From Sandaracinaceae bacterium (GTDB taxonomy: Bacteria; Myxococcota_A; Polyangia; Polyangiales; Sandaracinaceae), in contig JBGAQA010000001.1 of NCBI GenBank assembly GCA_044220955.1, forward strand, positions 1 to 64,000: a DNA stretch of 64,000 bases, in the 5' to 3' direction. Shown one piece after another: positions 1-9,590 of the stretch. Position 1 is the stretch's first letter, and the number at the start of each line of letters is the position of its first letter. The position numbers were made by a program, and so were the translations under genes. The notes under the pieces are model-generated. The model ran no database searches. It was not told where the DNA came from and saw only the letters and a program-made list of their open reading frames with translations.

Positions 1-1097
1 ACGAAGATCCGCGACCCCAGGCCCGCCACGAGGGCGCCACCGTCCACCGACCACGTGACGAAGAGCGCCGGGCGCGCGATGCGGACGCGCGCGGCGGCCG
101 AGGTGGTGCCGTGCGCGGCGTGGACGATGCGCAGGGCGCGCTCGCGATCTTCGAAGCTCTCGTCCGGTGCCGCGAAGCGATCGATCTCCCACGTCAGGGA
201 AGCGTGGCCGGAGGCATCGGTGCGCACGATCTGGTCGTCGTCGTCCGGGGGCGGCGCGTCGCTCCACGCCACGCGGGCGCCAGGCACCGGCGCGCCGTCC
301 TCGCCTCGCACGAGCACGTCCACGGGCACGGTCTCGCCTGGGCGGACGACGCGGCGCGTGGGCTCGGCGCGGGCCCAGAGCGTGCTCGCCGCGTCGGGCC
401 GCACCTCGACGGTCGTGCTCTGGCTCGCGTCCTCGGTGGCGGCCGCGACGACGAAGCTGCCGGGACGCTCGGGGAGCGCCACCTCGGTGGCGAAGAGCCC
501 GGACGCGTCGGTGGTGAGCACCAGCGGCGCGCGGAGGAGCGTCCCGTCGCCGCGCACCGTGAGGGACACCTCCTGCGCCGCGCGCGGCCGGCCATCCCGC
601 GTGTCGAGCACGCGACCGAGCATCGCGACCGACCCGCCCGGCGAGGTGAAGCTGCGATCGGCGACGAGCTCGACGAGGGTCCGTGCATCGAGCGCGATCG
701 GCGCATCGAAGGTCCTGCGGATCCCCCGCGGCGAGATGGCCTCGACGGACATCGTGGTCCCGCCCTCGAGATCGTCGGGGAGCGCGAGCTCGAGCACGGC
801 GTGCCCATCGGCGTCGCTCGTGGTGGTCATCAGCGCGGGGCCGTCCGCGAACGACGCGGTCACGGTGAGCTGGATCCCCCCTGCGACGCGCAGGTCGCGG
901 CGGCGGAGCACCTCGTAGGTCGTGACGAGCCAGCGGACGTGTCCCCCGGGCGGCGCGTGAAGCGCGCCGTCGATGGACATCTCGAGCCCGGTGACCTCGC
1001 CGGCCGCGACGAGCCGCCGGGCGCGCTCTTGGGCCTGCGCTCCCGCACGAGGGAGCAAGGCCAGGCCGACGACCAGGCAGAGGGCTGCGAGCCTCAC
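1..1097 (-). CDS. Secreted MG2/alpha-2-macroglobulin-like protein, N-terminal part (runs off the left edge)
   Basis: Not in the ORF track (no stop in window). GTG at 1097 overlaps the upstream TGA (GTGA). My translation starts MRLAALCLVVGLALLPRAGAQAQ (signal peptide) and includes VELVADRSFTSPGGSVAMLGRVLD and LTTDASGLFATEVALP, which are MG-type motifs similar to the neighbouring gene. Confidence 0.75.
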   Translation of the reverse strand, partial: MRLAALCLVVGLALLPRAGAQAQERARRLVAAGEVTGLEMSIDGALHAPPGGHVRWLVTTYEVLRRRDLRVAGGIQLTVTASFADGPALMTTTSDADGHAVLELALPDDLEGGTTMSVEAISPRGIRRTFDAPIALDARTLVELVADRSFTSPGGSVAMLGRVLDTRDGRPRAAQEVSLTVRGDGTLLRAPLVLTTDASGLFATEVALPERPGSFVVAAATEDASQSTTVEVRPDAASTLWARAEPTRRVVRPGETVPVDVLVRGEDGAPVPGARVAWSDAPPPDDDDQIVRTDASGHASLTWEIDRFAAPDESFEDRERALRIVHAAHGTTSAAARVRIARPALFVTWSVDGGALVAGLGSRIF

Positions 1098-4000
1098 GGG
1101 GCACCTCCGACGAGCAGCGCCGCGATCTCGAGGGGCCGAGGCGCCAGCACGCTCACCGCGTCGGCGCGATCGGTGGCGTACGCGGCCGCGCCGATCCCGG
1201 CGAGGGTCCCGGCCACGGACCAGCGGATGGGGAGCGCGACGCGCTGCTCGGCGCCCGGGGCGAGCGGCGGAAGGACCACCCGCAGCAGCGACGGCGTCGC
1301 GTCGGCGGAGCGCACGCCGCGACGGACGCGGGCCAGGGCCGCGGCGGTCAGCTCCGCGCCGGTCGGGAGCGAGATCTCCACGACGGGTGCCGCGATCCAG
1401 CGCGGCGAACGGTTCGTGATCACGAGCGCGAGGTCCGCGACCTCGTCCTGCCCATGGCTCTCCCCTTCGAGCGCCAGCACGAAGGGCCCCGGCCGCTCGG
1501 GCGGCGTCTCCCAGGGGACGCCGAGCTCCGCCCGCGCGATCGCGTGCACCGCGACGTGATCTCCGACGTCGACGGTGATGCGGTGAACGCCCGAGGCGGC
1601 GAGGGACGGCAGGTCGGCCGTGTCCGAACCATCGAGGAGCCCGAGCGCGCTCGGCGCGCCGTCGATCGTGACCTGCGCCGTCTCGGGGGACGCTCCGCTG
1701 GCGAGCTCGAGCGCGATGCTGCGCGCCATGGCGAGATCCTCCGCTCCCACGTAGCGGCCCCGCGCGCGCCAGCGCGCCACGGTCGCCAAGAGCGAGAACG
1801 CGCGCTGTCGATCCCCGAGCGCGAGCTCCGCGAGCGCGAACACCAGCGTGGTGGACGTCGCGCGCTCGGCCACGGCGACCCAGAGATCGTCACCGACGGT
1901 CACGAGATCCGGCTCCGCCCGCCGGAGCAGCTCGCGCGCCCGGGCGGCCGAACGCTCACCCCCCGCCGTCGCCAGGGCCGCCGCCGCGAGCACCGTCTCG
2001 GCGGTCTGCCCGTCGAGCCCCACGGCCGCATCGCCGACCTCGCGGACGAGACGGTCGATCAGCCGCTGCATGTCGCCGGCGATCGCCGGCCGCGCACCGA
2101 GGCTCGTCGTGGCGTGCGAGAGACCGATCAGCGTCGAGGACGCGAAGGTGACGCGCGCGGCCGGATCGTCGCCCCGCGCGTCGAGCGACGTCGTCAGAGC
2201 CTCGGCCGCCAGACGCAGGGACTCGTCGGTGATGGCCCGCTGCGTGTACGCCGCGCCGATCGCGTAGCCGAGCCGTGGCGCGCTCTCGGCCTGCAGCGCG
2301 GCGACGATGGCCGGGAGCCGATCCACGCCGGCGTCGGACCGCGGCGCCTGCACCCATGCCTCGAGCGCGTCGTCGCCGGCCGATCGGAAGAGCGCCGCAC
2401 CCACGACGAGCTCGAGGCTCCCCGAGCGCGGATCGGCGTCGGCCGGGACCTCGAGCGAGATCGTGCCCTGCCCCTCGACGAGCGCCTCCCGCACGAGCCG
2501 GACGGTGCGGGCGGGCGCGATCACCTGCAAGGGACGGCGCACGGCGTCCAGGACGTTCCCGCTGGCATCGCTCGCGACCACCTGCAGGCTGCCTTCGCCG
2601 CGCACCGTGGGAGCGACCAGGAAGGGGACCGCCGCCGAACCGCCGGGCTCGACGGTCACCTCGACCGCCGGCGCGTCGGCGATGCCGAGCCCGTCGTCGC
2701 CGAGCAGCGCGAGCCGCAGCGTGCGGACGCTCGTCCCGCGGTTGCCCACGCGGACGGGCAGCGAGAGCTGATCTCCGACGGACGCCACGTTGGGGATCGG
2801 GGCGTCGACCACGACCTCGCGGTCGGACTGGATCTCCGCGCGCGCCGACCACATCCAGCCGTCCGCGCGCCACACGATCACCTCGACGCGGTAGCTCGTG
2901 ACCGCGTCCGCGAGCGGGATGTCCAGCCGCGTCCGTCCGGACGGGTCGACCTCGAACGAGGGCGTGAAGAGGACCGTCGGCGGGAAGCGCTCCCGCACCA
3001 GGCGCGCGAGGTTGCCTCCCCCGCTCGTCACGTGGACCGAGCCGCCCCGCACGCCCGTCCCGAGCGATCCCGAGCCGCTGCCGTAGCCGTAGCCCGAGCC
3101 GCCGCCGCCGCTGCCGTGGCCGATCGTGCCGATCATGCCGAGGCCGATCGTCCCCTCGCTGACCGAAGCGTGCACGGCGTCGCCGATCTCGTCTTCGGTC
3201 ATCTCGGCGCTGATGCGGCGGTACGCGGCGCGGAGCGCGGGAAGCGTGCGCTCCACGGGCGACAGGATCGCCAGCTGGCGCATGAGCGCGTCCTCCCCGG
3301 ACGCGACCGCATAGGGCGTCCCGGCCGGCACGACGCGATCGAAGGGGTCGCGCACGTCGTCGGCCGTCCCGAGGCGCCCGTCGGGACCCGGCGAGACGAG
3401 CTCGACACCCGTCGCGGCAGTCGAGAGCACGAAGGTCGGGTGGGCCGACGCGGTGAGCGCGAAGCGGCCACCCCAGGGGTCGTCGAGCGCCGCGTCCGAG
3501 ATCACACCGCGCTCGACCATGCGTCCGAGCCATCGCTGCCAGGGCTCGCGATAGGCCGTGCGCGCCGCCAGAGACGCATCGTCTCCCGGATCGAGGTACG
3601 CCGCGAGCGACGCGAGCAGCGCGACGAGTCGCACGCGCGCCACACGCCGCGCGACGTGCTCGTAGGTGAAGCTCGGATCGACCGCCGTGAGCATCGCGGG
3701 CGTGGTCTCCCCTTCACCGAGCGTCGGGTACGCCGAGGCGTCGAGCACGTCGTCCTCGAACCTGCGCTGCGCGCCCGAGCCCGTGGTCAGGTCGGACAGG
3801 CCCCCGGTGTCGAGCGCCTCGGTCAGGGCCGCCTCGAGCGCGACCATCATCTGGCCCGCGCCGCGCCGCTCGAGCTCGCGCGCCAGCGGCCACGGGTCGC
3901 GCAGCACGTCGCGCCCGGGCGCCTCGGCCGCGGCCGAGGAGTCCTCCCGAGGCAAGCCGAGGGCGTCGACGAGCGGGGCGGCGATCGGCGGCTCGCCGTC

Positions 4001-5860
4001 GACGGCCGTGTCGGCCGCGAGCGAGACGCGAACGAGCCGCTCGGAGACCAGGGTCTCCGGGTGCAGGAGCGCCTCGTCGTACGCGCGCTCGAGGAAGTAG
4101 CTCGCGAAGTCCTGCTCGCCGCCGTGCGCCGCGAGGTCTCGAACGAGCAGCGCGCCCCACGCGCGCGGGCCGTTCGGCCGACTCACGAGGTCGACGTGCG
4201 CGGTCTCGCCGACCTGCCAGCGCGCTCGCTCCGGCGCGAGCGTGACGAAGTCGGGACCGGCCGGCACGACCAAGACGCTGGTCGCGCCGCCGACGCCCTC
4301 GAGGCTCTCGTCCTCGTGCACGGCGCGCGCTCGGATGGTGAAGCGTCCGATGCGATCGGCGGGGACGTGCAGGCGCGCGCTCGTCGCGCGCGGCGCTGCG
4401 AACACCACGTCCAGCGGCTCGCCCCGCGCGCCGTCGACGAGCTCGACGACGAGGGTGCTGCGCTCCGCCGACGGACGGCGCGCGAGCGCGACCTCGACGC
4501 TCGCTCCCGGCGCCACGACGGGATGCGAGACCGTGGGGAGGACCTCGGGCGCGAGGGCGACGGGCACGGAGAGGTGCGCGAGGCGCTCGAGCGGCCCGCC
4601 GAGCACGTGCACGTCGAGCGACGCACGCCGCTCCTCGAAGGGCCCGGCGCTCGCTCCGATGGGCAGTCGCACGCGGATCTCCGCCAGACCATTCACGTCG
4701 GTCTCGGCGCTCGCCGTCCCGCCCGGGACCGCCGCGCCCGACACCTCGACGCGCGTGCCGGCCGGCGGTGGCTGGCCCAGCGGATCGACCAGCTGCACGT
4801 AGAGCACGTCGTCGAGCTCGGGCGTGAGCGACGCGTGCGCGGCCACGAGGTCGACGCTCAGGGAGAGCGGCACCGCAACGCGCATCATCGCGCTCACGTC
4901 GATCGAGCCGTACGCCGGGTGCGTCACGTGTGCGAGCACGGCGGCCGCGCCCGTGTCCCCCGACAGGTACGCCGGCGCGTGCACCACGAGGCTCGCCACG
5001 CCGCTCGCGTCCGTCGTCGCGACACCGGCGGGCACGCCAGCGACCTCGATCTCGACGCTCGCGTCGCGGACCGGTGCGGCGTCGGGCGTGGTCACTTCCA
5101 CGCGGACGGTGGTCTCGCCGCCGGGCGCGACCTCCTCGGGCGCGACGTCCGCGTGGGCGAAGATGCGCTCCCAGACGCGCTGGCCCACCCGGAAGCTCGT
5201 CTGCGGGGTGACGCCGAGGACGCGCGCGCCGACGCTGACCCAGCCCTCCGTGGCGTGGGGCCCCAGCTCGAACGAGAACGACGCGACGCCGGCCTCGTTC
5301 GTCGAGAGCGTGCGCTGCATGCGGTCGAGCGCCGGGCCGAAGAGCTCGAAGGTGACCGCCTGCGAAGCGAGCGGCGCTCCCGACGCGCCGTCGCGAACGA
5401 GCGTCCAGACGTGCACCGGCTCGCCGGGCTCGTAGAGCACGCGGTCGGTCACGAGCCGGACGTCGACCGCCGGTGCGACGACGACGGGCAGCTCGAACGA
5501 GCGCGCCGCACCCTCGGGCCCGACCTCGACCTCGATGCGCGGCTGGTCGCTCGCCGGCCCGATCGCCACGGCGACCTCGAAGCGCCCGTGCGCGTCGCTC
5601 GTCACGGCCCGCCATGGACCGGAGGACGTCGCGGTGCGGAACCGCGCGCGGACGGCGCCCGCGTACGCGCTCAGCGTGGAGAGCCCGCGCACGCGATAGG
5701 CGACGCCGCGGAAGCGCGCGTCGCGATCGGCGCGCACGCTGCCGGGCCCCGAGAGGGCGAGCTCGTAGCCCGTTTCCGGCAGCGGCTGTGCGAGGGCGAT
5801 GCCCGCCGGGACCACGACGAAGAACGCGAGCAGGGCGAGAGTCGAGGCGGAGGTGCGCAC
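1094..5860 (-). CDS. Alpha-2-macroglobulin-like (MG2/A2M domain) secreted protein, about 1590 aa, no thioester motif
   Basis: ORF 1094..6040; probable start GTG 5860 before a signal peptide (TLALLAFFVVVPAGIALAQ). MG2 motif TDRVLYEPGEPVHV; A2M motif RERFPPTVLF...LADAVTSYRV; C-terminal receptor-binding-like segment. No CxEQ found. Confidence 0.8.
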   Translation of the reverse strand: MRTSASTLALLAFFVVVPAGIALAQPLPETGYELALSGPGSVRADRDARFRGVAYRVRGLSTLSAYAGAVRARFRTATSSGPWRAVTSDAHGRFEVAVAIGPASDQPRIEVEVGPEGAARSFELPVVVAPAVDVRLVTDRVLYEPGEPVHVWTLVRDGASGAPLASQAVTFELFGPALDRMQRTLSTNEAGVASFSFELGPHATEGWVSVGARVLGVTPQTSFRVGQRVWERIFAHADVAPEEVAPGGETTVRVEVTTPDAAPVRDASVEIEVAGVPAGVATTDASGVASLVVHAPAYLSGDTGAAAVLAHVTHPAYGSIDVSAMMRVAVPLSLSVDLVAAHASLTPELDDVLYVQLVDPLGQPPPAGTRVEVSGAAVPGGTASAETDVNGLAEIRVRLPIGASAGPFEERRASLDVHVLGGPLERLAHLSVPVALAPEVLPTVSHPVVAPGASVEVALARRPSAERSTLVVELVDGARGEPLDVVFAAPRATSARLHVPADRIGRFTIRARAVHEDESLEGVGGATSVLVVPAGPDFVTLAPERARWQVGETAHVDLVSRPNGPRAWGALLVRDLAAHGGEQDFASYFLERAYDEALLHPETLVSERLVRVSLAADTAVDGEPPIAAPLVDALGLPREDSSAAAEAPGRDVLRDPWPLARELERRGAGQMMVALEAALTEALDTGGLSDLTTGSGAQRRFEDDVLDASAYPTLGEGETTPAMLTAVDPSFTYEHVARRVARVRLVALLASLAAYLDPGDDASLAARTAYREPWQRWLGRMVERGVISDAALDDPWGGRFALTASAHPTFVLSTAATGVELVSPGPDGRLGTADDVRDPFDRVVPAGTPYAVASGEDALMRQLAILSPVERTLPALRAAYRRISAEMTEDEIGDAVHASVSEGTIGLGMIGTIGHGSGGGGSGYGYGSGSGSLGTGVRGGSVHVTSGGGNLARLVRERFPPTVLFTPSFEVDPSGRTRLDIPLADAVTSYRVEVIVWRADGWMWSARAEIQSDREVVVDAPIPNVASVGDQLSLPVRVGNRGTSVRTLRLALLGDDGLGIADAPAVEVTVEPGGSAAVPFLVAPTVRGEGSLQVVASDASGNVLDAVRRPLQVIAPARTVRLVREALVEGQGTISLEVPADADPRSGSLELVVGAALFRSAGDDALEAWVQAPRSDAGVDRLPAIVAALQAESAPRLGYAIGAAYTQRAITDESLRLAAEALTTSLDARGDDPAARVTFASSTLIGLSHATTSLGARPAIAGDMQRLIDRLVREVGDAAVGLDGQTAETVLAAAALATAGGERSAARARELLRRAEPDLVTVGDDLWVAVAERATSTTLVFALAELALGDRQRAFSLLATVARWRARGRYVGAEDLAMARSIALELASGASPETAQVTIDGAPSALGLLDGSDTADLPSLAASGVHRITVDVGDHVAVHAIARAELGVPWETPPERPGPFVLALEGESHGQDEVADLALVITNRSPRWIAAPVVEISLPTGAELTAAALARVRRGVRSADATPSLLRVVLPPLAPGAEQRVALPIRWSVAGTLAGIGAAAYATDRADAVSVLAPRPLEIAALLVGGAP

Positions 5861-5982
5861 GCACCGAGCCGACACCGGCCTCGACCCAAGGTTCCGGCGG
5901 CGGCGGTGGTCGTCCGCGACGCTCGGGACCGGGGCAGGCTCGGCCCGCGTACGGGATGGGCCGCACGGGCGGCCCGACGCCA

Positions 5983-6273
5983 CTACCGAACGGCTCGGGT
6001 GCTCGCGACGCTCCATGGCGCGCATTGTTTCACCACCCACGCCAGATCGGTGACCGTTCGCTCGATCTCGGCGCGCTGCCGATCCGGGGCATCGTCGACG
6101 TGGACGGTGAGCGCCGCTCCGTCCTGACGCGCCACGCTGACCTCAGCGCCGCCGAGCTCGGCGACGATGGCCTCGCGCAAGGCCTGGGCGTAGCGCTCGC
6201 TGCTCTGGCCGAGATCGACCCCGGCGTTCGCCCCCGCGAGCGCCTCGGCCGAGAATCGGACGACGATCCGCAC
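5983..6273 (-). CDS. Small hypothetical protein (96 aa)
   Basis: Natural-looking amino-acid composition; starts 10 nt after the response regulator stop on the same strand. Confidence 0.55.
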   Translation of the reverse strand: MRIVVRFSAEALAGANAGVDLGQSSERYAQALREAIVAELGGAEVSVARQDGAALTVHVDDAPDRQRAEIERTVTDLAWVVKQCAPWSVASTRAVR

Positions 6274-6283
6274 CGGTCGTGCG

Positions 6284-6895
6284 TCAGAAGTCGCCGAACA
6301 GGTCGGCCATCTTCACGTCGAGGGCGACCGCGATCTTGTAGAGCGAGCCGATCGAAGCGCTCGACTCCGCGCGCTCGATCTGGCTGAGGAGCGACACGCT
6401 CAGGCTCGTCCGGCGCGAGAGCTGCTTGAGCGTCAGATCGCGCTCCTTGCGCAGTCCGCGGATCGTCTCGCCGATGTGCTTGTGCAGGCTCTCTTCCGGC
6501 GACCGGATCAGGCCCTTCTTGCGCATCACGCGGTCGAGCACCGCCCGGAATTCCTCGGGGTTGAAGGGCTTGCGGACGTAGTCGACCGCATCGAGCTTCA
6601 TCCCCTGCACCGCGGACTCGAACGACGGGTAGCCGGTGAAGATCACCACGGCCACGTCGCTGTCGATCTTCCGGATGCGCCGCAGGACCTCGAGCCCGTC
6701 CATCTTCGGCATCATCAGGTCGAGCACCACCAGGTGGTAGCCGCCATTCTTGACGTCGGACTCCACCGAGGCCGGATCGCTCTGCGTCTTGACCGTGAAG
6801 CCGTCCTTGCCGAGGAAGGTCTCCATGTAGTCGCCGATGGCCGGGTCGTCGTCGACGACGAGCACCTTCACGGCGGCTCCGTTCGAGGCGGACAT
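6284..6895 (-). CDS. Response regulator: REC domain plus C-terminal XRE-family HTH
   Basis: VLVVDDD...LDLMMPKMDG...FTGY...YVRKPF receiver motifs; C-terminal IRGLRKERDLTLKQLSRRTSLSVSLLSQIER. Start at 6895 or 6916; the ORF-track start overlaps the tRNA. Confidence 0.9.
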   Translation of the reverse strand: MSASNGAAVKVLVVDDDPAIGDYMETFLGKDGFTVKTQSDPASVESDVKNGGYHLVVLDLMMPKMDGLEVLRRIRKIDSDVAVVIFTGYPSFESAVQGMKLDAVDYVRKPFNPEEFRAVLDRVMRKKGLIRSPEESLHKHIGETIRGLRKERDLTLKQLSRRTSLSVSLLSQIERAESSASIGSLYKIAVALDVKMADLFGDF

Positions 6896-6934
6896 GCGTT
6901 CCGTTCCTTCAGCCATTTCTCGAGGGAAAGAGAG

Positions 6935-7008
6935 TCGGGGCGAAAGGATTTGAACCTTCGACTCCACGGTCCCGAACCGTGTGCGCTACCAGGCTGCGCT
7001 ACGCCCCG
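6935..7008 (-). tRNA. tRNA-Pro (anticodon CGG), CCA not encoded
   Basis: Minus strand CGGGGCGTAGCGCAGCCTGGTAGCGCACACGGTTCGGGACCGTGGAGTCGAAGGTTCAAATCCTTTCGCCCCGA folds into a cloverleaf: acceptor CGGGGCG/CGCCCCG, anticodon arm CACGG-TTCGGGA-CCGTG, T-loop TTCAAAT. Confidence 0.96.
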
Positions 7009-7048
7009 AAAAGACGACCAGGAACCACGACAAGCAAAAGAGAGGCTG

Positions 7049-7077
7049 TGGGTAGCGTCGCGCGGCGGGTCTGTCAA
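7049..7077 (-). promoter_or_regulatory. Putative sigma70 promoter of tRNA-Pro
   Basis: Minus strand TTGACA-N17-TACCCA, ending about 40 nt upstream of the tRNA. Confidence 0.6.
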
Positions 7078-7149
7078 GCGAGACTGGAATCCGCTCCACG
7101 GGGGCTGACTTCACCTTCTCCGCGTCGGCTCCCTGCGTCGGCCGGCGCG

Positions 7150-8073
7150 TCAGAGCAGCGTGTAGCTCAGCCCGAGGACGGTCTGCGTGTCGATCTCGTC
7201 GAACCCGGGGACGGGCTCGCCGTCGTAGGTGAAGTTGAACATGAGGTTCACCGCGAGGTTCGTCGCGACGTGGAAGGCCAGCGTGTTGCGCCACGCGAGG
7301 CGGACGTTGCGCCAGTGGGGCTCGCCGCGGAGATCGACCAGGCCTTCGATGCCGGTCAGGTAGCTCCAGTCGGCGTTCATGTGGTTGTCGTAGCCGATGA
7401 AGAGGCGCGCCGACGGCTGGAGCTCGTCGCCCGGCAGCAGATAGCTGCGCGCGTCGCTGCCGACGCAGGTCGCCGGGGTGACGGTGACGCCAGCGGGTGG
7501 AGGCGCACAGAGCGGGTTCGGGTAGCGGTCGTCGTAGGTGACGTCGGCGCCGATCTCGAACCAGAGCCGGTGCTGCGCCTCGTGCTCGGCGAAGACGTTG
7601 CGGACGTAGCCGATCTGACCCTGGAACCGGAAGTCGAGGCCGGCGAAGGGGTCGTTGCGCCCGCGGACGCTCGCGAAGAGCGCGTCGTCGGCGTCGAGGA
7701 AGATGTCGTAGCGGATCAGGCCGTTGAGGCTCTGCGCGTTGGCGTTCCAGGGGCCGAACTGCTGCGTGGTCCCGTCCCGGAGAGAGGCGACGCCGTAGAG
7801 GAAGGTGAGATCGAGCGTGAACTGGTGCACGTCGCGACGGATCTGGAAGTGGTTGTTCGCGTTGAGCTGCAGGCTCCGCGCGTTGCCGTAGTTGAGCGTG
7901 CCGCCGAGCGTCAGCGTCCACACGGTGTCGTCGGTGTCCGGCGCGGGCCGCGCCGCTGCCGCATCGGTGAATTGCGGTGCCGCCGCCGGCTGGGCGAGCA
8001 CGCTCGCGGGCGCGAGCGAGCCGGTCAGGGCGACGAGCAAGAACGCGCTGGCGCGCGAGGACGTTCGAATCAA
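7150..8073 (-). CDS. DUF481-like outer-membrane beta-barrel protein
   Basis: TTG start with SD AAGGAGG; signal peptide; WTLTLGGTLNYGNA, DPFAGLDFRFQGQIGY and terminal DTQTVLGLSYTLL strands. Confidence 0.75.
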   Translation of the reverse strand: MIRTSSRASAFLLVALTGSLAPASVLAQPAAAPQFTDAAAARPAPDTDDTVWTLTLGGTLNYGNARSLQLNANNHFQIRRDVHQFTLDLTFLYGVASLRDGTTQQFGPWNANAQSLNGLIRYDIFLDADDALFASVRGRNDPFAGLDFRFQGQIGYVRNVFAEHEAQHRLWFEIGADVTYDDRYPNPLCAPPPAGVTVTPATCVGSDARSYLLPGDELQPSARLFIGYDNHMNADWSYLTGIEGLVDLRGEPHWRNVRLAWRNTLAFHVATNLAVNLMFNFTYDGEPVPGFDEIDTQTVLGLSYTLL

Positions 8074-8110
8074 GGGATCCCTCCTTCTTGGCTGACCCGA
8101 GGTCTACGCA

Positions 8111-9517
8111 ATGTCCGGGCCGTGGCGAGCCGGAGCATTTGCCCGGCGCCCACGCCCGTGGTTTGTACGCGATCTCGTGCGAATTTCAGCCATCGCGCTC
8201 GCCGCCGGCGTCGGGTGGGCCCTACACCTGGTGGGACCGGCCCACGTGCGGGCCGGAAACGACGAGGGCGTCCTGATCGGCAACGAGGCCGCGATGACCG
8301 GCGGCGCGGTGACGGCGGTGACGAGCGACGGGAGCGCCATCTGGTACGACCCCGCGGGGATCGCGGCCGTCACGCGCGGGCAGCTGGACCTGAGCGGGAG
8401 CGCCACCGTGCTGCGCATCGCCGAGACCCCACGCCTGCTCTCCTCCGAGACCACCGGGCGCACCGCGGACGGCGGCTACCTCGAGGTGATCGGGATCCCC
8501 AGCGCGGTGACGCTCGTCCGACTGCTGGAGCCTCGGCTCGCGTTCGGCTTCGGCATCTTCACGCCCCAGCTCACCAACCACACCGACCGGGTCGGGCTGA
8601 GCGACTCGGTCATGGGGCTCACCTCGCGCTGGCAGCTGGTGCAGCAGGAGAACACGCAGAGCACGTACGCGGGGCTCTCGCTCGGCTACCAGCTCGCCCC
8701 GAACTTCCGGATCGGCGGGACGCTCTTCGGTCTCTACCGGCAGCAGACTCTGAGCACGCACTTCTTCGGCGGTGCGACGGACGCGGCGGGCAACGACGTG
8801 TTCGCGGCCGGCAGCTCGAGCCTGAGCTCGCTGCAGAGCGTCGGTGTCGAGCTCGCCGTGGGCCTGCAGTGGGAGATCGTGCCGGGCGTGACCTTCGGCG
8901 CGGCGCTGCGCACGCCGGACCTGCAGCTCGGCTCGCTGTTTCGCTCCACGTCGGCGTCGATCACCACGACCCACGGCGGCGCGCTGGACTTCGAGCCCTC
9001 CGACATGTCCGGCCTCGTGCCCAACGTCGGCGTCATCACGCCCACGCGCCTGCGCGTCGGGCTCGCGTTCCGCACGCAGCGGGCCTGGCTCGCCGTCGAT
9101 GCCGACGTCGCGCACGAGCTGACGGTGCCGGGGCTCGGAATCGAGCGGCGCTGGATCGCGAACGTCCACGTCGGCGGCCGCTACTGGATCGACGAGAACG
9201 TGTCGGTCGGTGCGGGGCTCTTCACGGACGTGAGCCCGACCCGGCGGATCACGCAGTACGGCCAGACGCAGATCGACTTCGTGGGCGGCTCGCTCGGCCT
9301 CGAGATCCACACGCCGCACGAGCTCGGCCCGCACGAGCACGCCGAGACGCTGGTGTTCGCGCAGACCTTCGCGCTGCGCTACGCCGCTGGCGTGGGCCAG
9401 ATCGGCGGCCTGCGCTTCTCGGACGCATCGCCGACGATGCAGACGGCGGACGTGCTGATCACGCCGACGACGGTCCACGAGCTGAGCCTGCACCTCGGCT
9501 CGGCGCTCTACTTCTGA
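8111..9517 (+). CDS. FadL/OmpP1-like outer-membrane transporter
   Basis: AAMTGGAVTAVTSDGSAIWYDPAGIA matches the FadL N-terminal hatch (NPA-like) motif; amphipathic strands; C-terminal Phe. The true start may be GTG 8177. Confidence 0.75.
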   Translation: MSGPWRAGAFARRPRPWFVRDLVRISAIALAAGVGWALHLVGPAHVRAGNDEGVLIGNEAAMTGGAVTAVTSDGSAIWYDPAGIAAVTRGQLDLSGSATVLRIAETPRLLSSETTGRTADGGYLEVIGIPSAVTLVRLLEPRLAFGFGIFTPQLTNHTDRVGLSDSVMGLTSRWQLVQQENTQSTYAGLSLGYQLAPNFRIGGTLFGLYRQQTLSTHFFGGATDAAGNDVFAAGSSSLSSLQSVGVELAVGLQWEIVPGVTFGAALRTPDLQLGSLFRSTSASITTTHGGALDFEPSDMSGLVPNVGVITPTRLRVGLAFRTQRAWLAVDADVAHELTVPGLGIERRWIANVHVGGRYWIDENVSVGAGLFTDVSPTRRITQYGQTQIDFVGGSLGLEIHTPHELGPHEHAETLVFAQTFALRYAAGVGQIGGLRFSDASPTMQTADVLITPTTVHELSLHLGSALYF

Positions 9518-9560
9518 GCGAGGGCCCGGGGCTCGCGCACGCGCACGGTGCCACGGCCCG

Positions 9561-9577
9561 TCGGCACGTGAGGTGCT
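9561..9577 (+). promoter_or_regulatory. Putative sigma54 -24/-12 promoter of the hemerythrin gene
   Basis: CGGCACG-TGAG-GTGCT with exact GG-N10-GC spacing, 14 nt before ATG 9591. Confidence 0.5.
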
Positions 9578-9590
9578 TCCACCTCCGACC

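Noticed and set aside
1454..6127. 1557-aa plus-strand ORF, and similar giant ORFs such as 35276..39277, 6979..10377, 12182..15322 and 57241..60234
   Set aside because: Antisense or out-of-frame shadows of real genes; Arg/Ala/Pro-rich with no motifs, as expected from stop-codon scarcity at high GC.
6917..6967. N-terminal extension of the response regulator in the ORF track
   Set aside because: It overlaps the tRNA gene; the real start is 6916 or 6895.
6935..7008. tRNA-Pro as an integration (att) site
   Set aside because: No duplicated tRNA 3' end, integrase or phage gene seen in the window.
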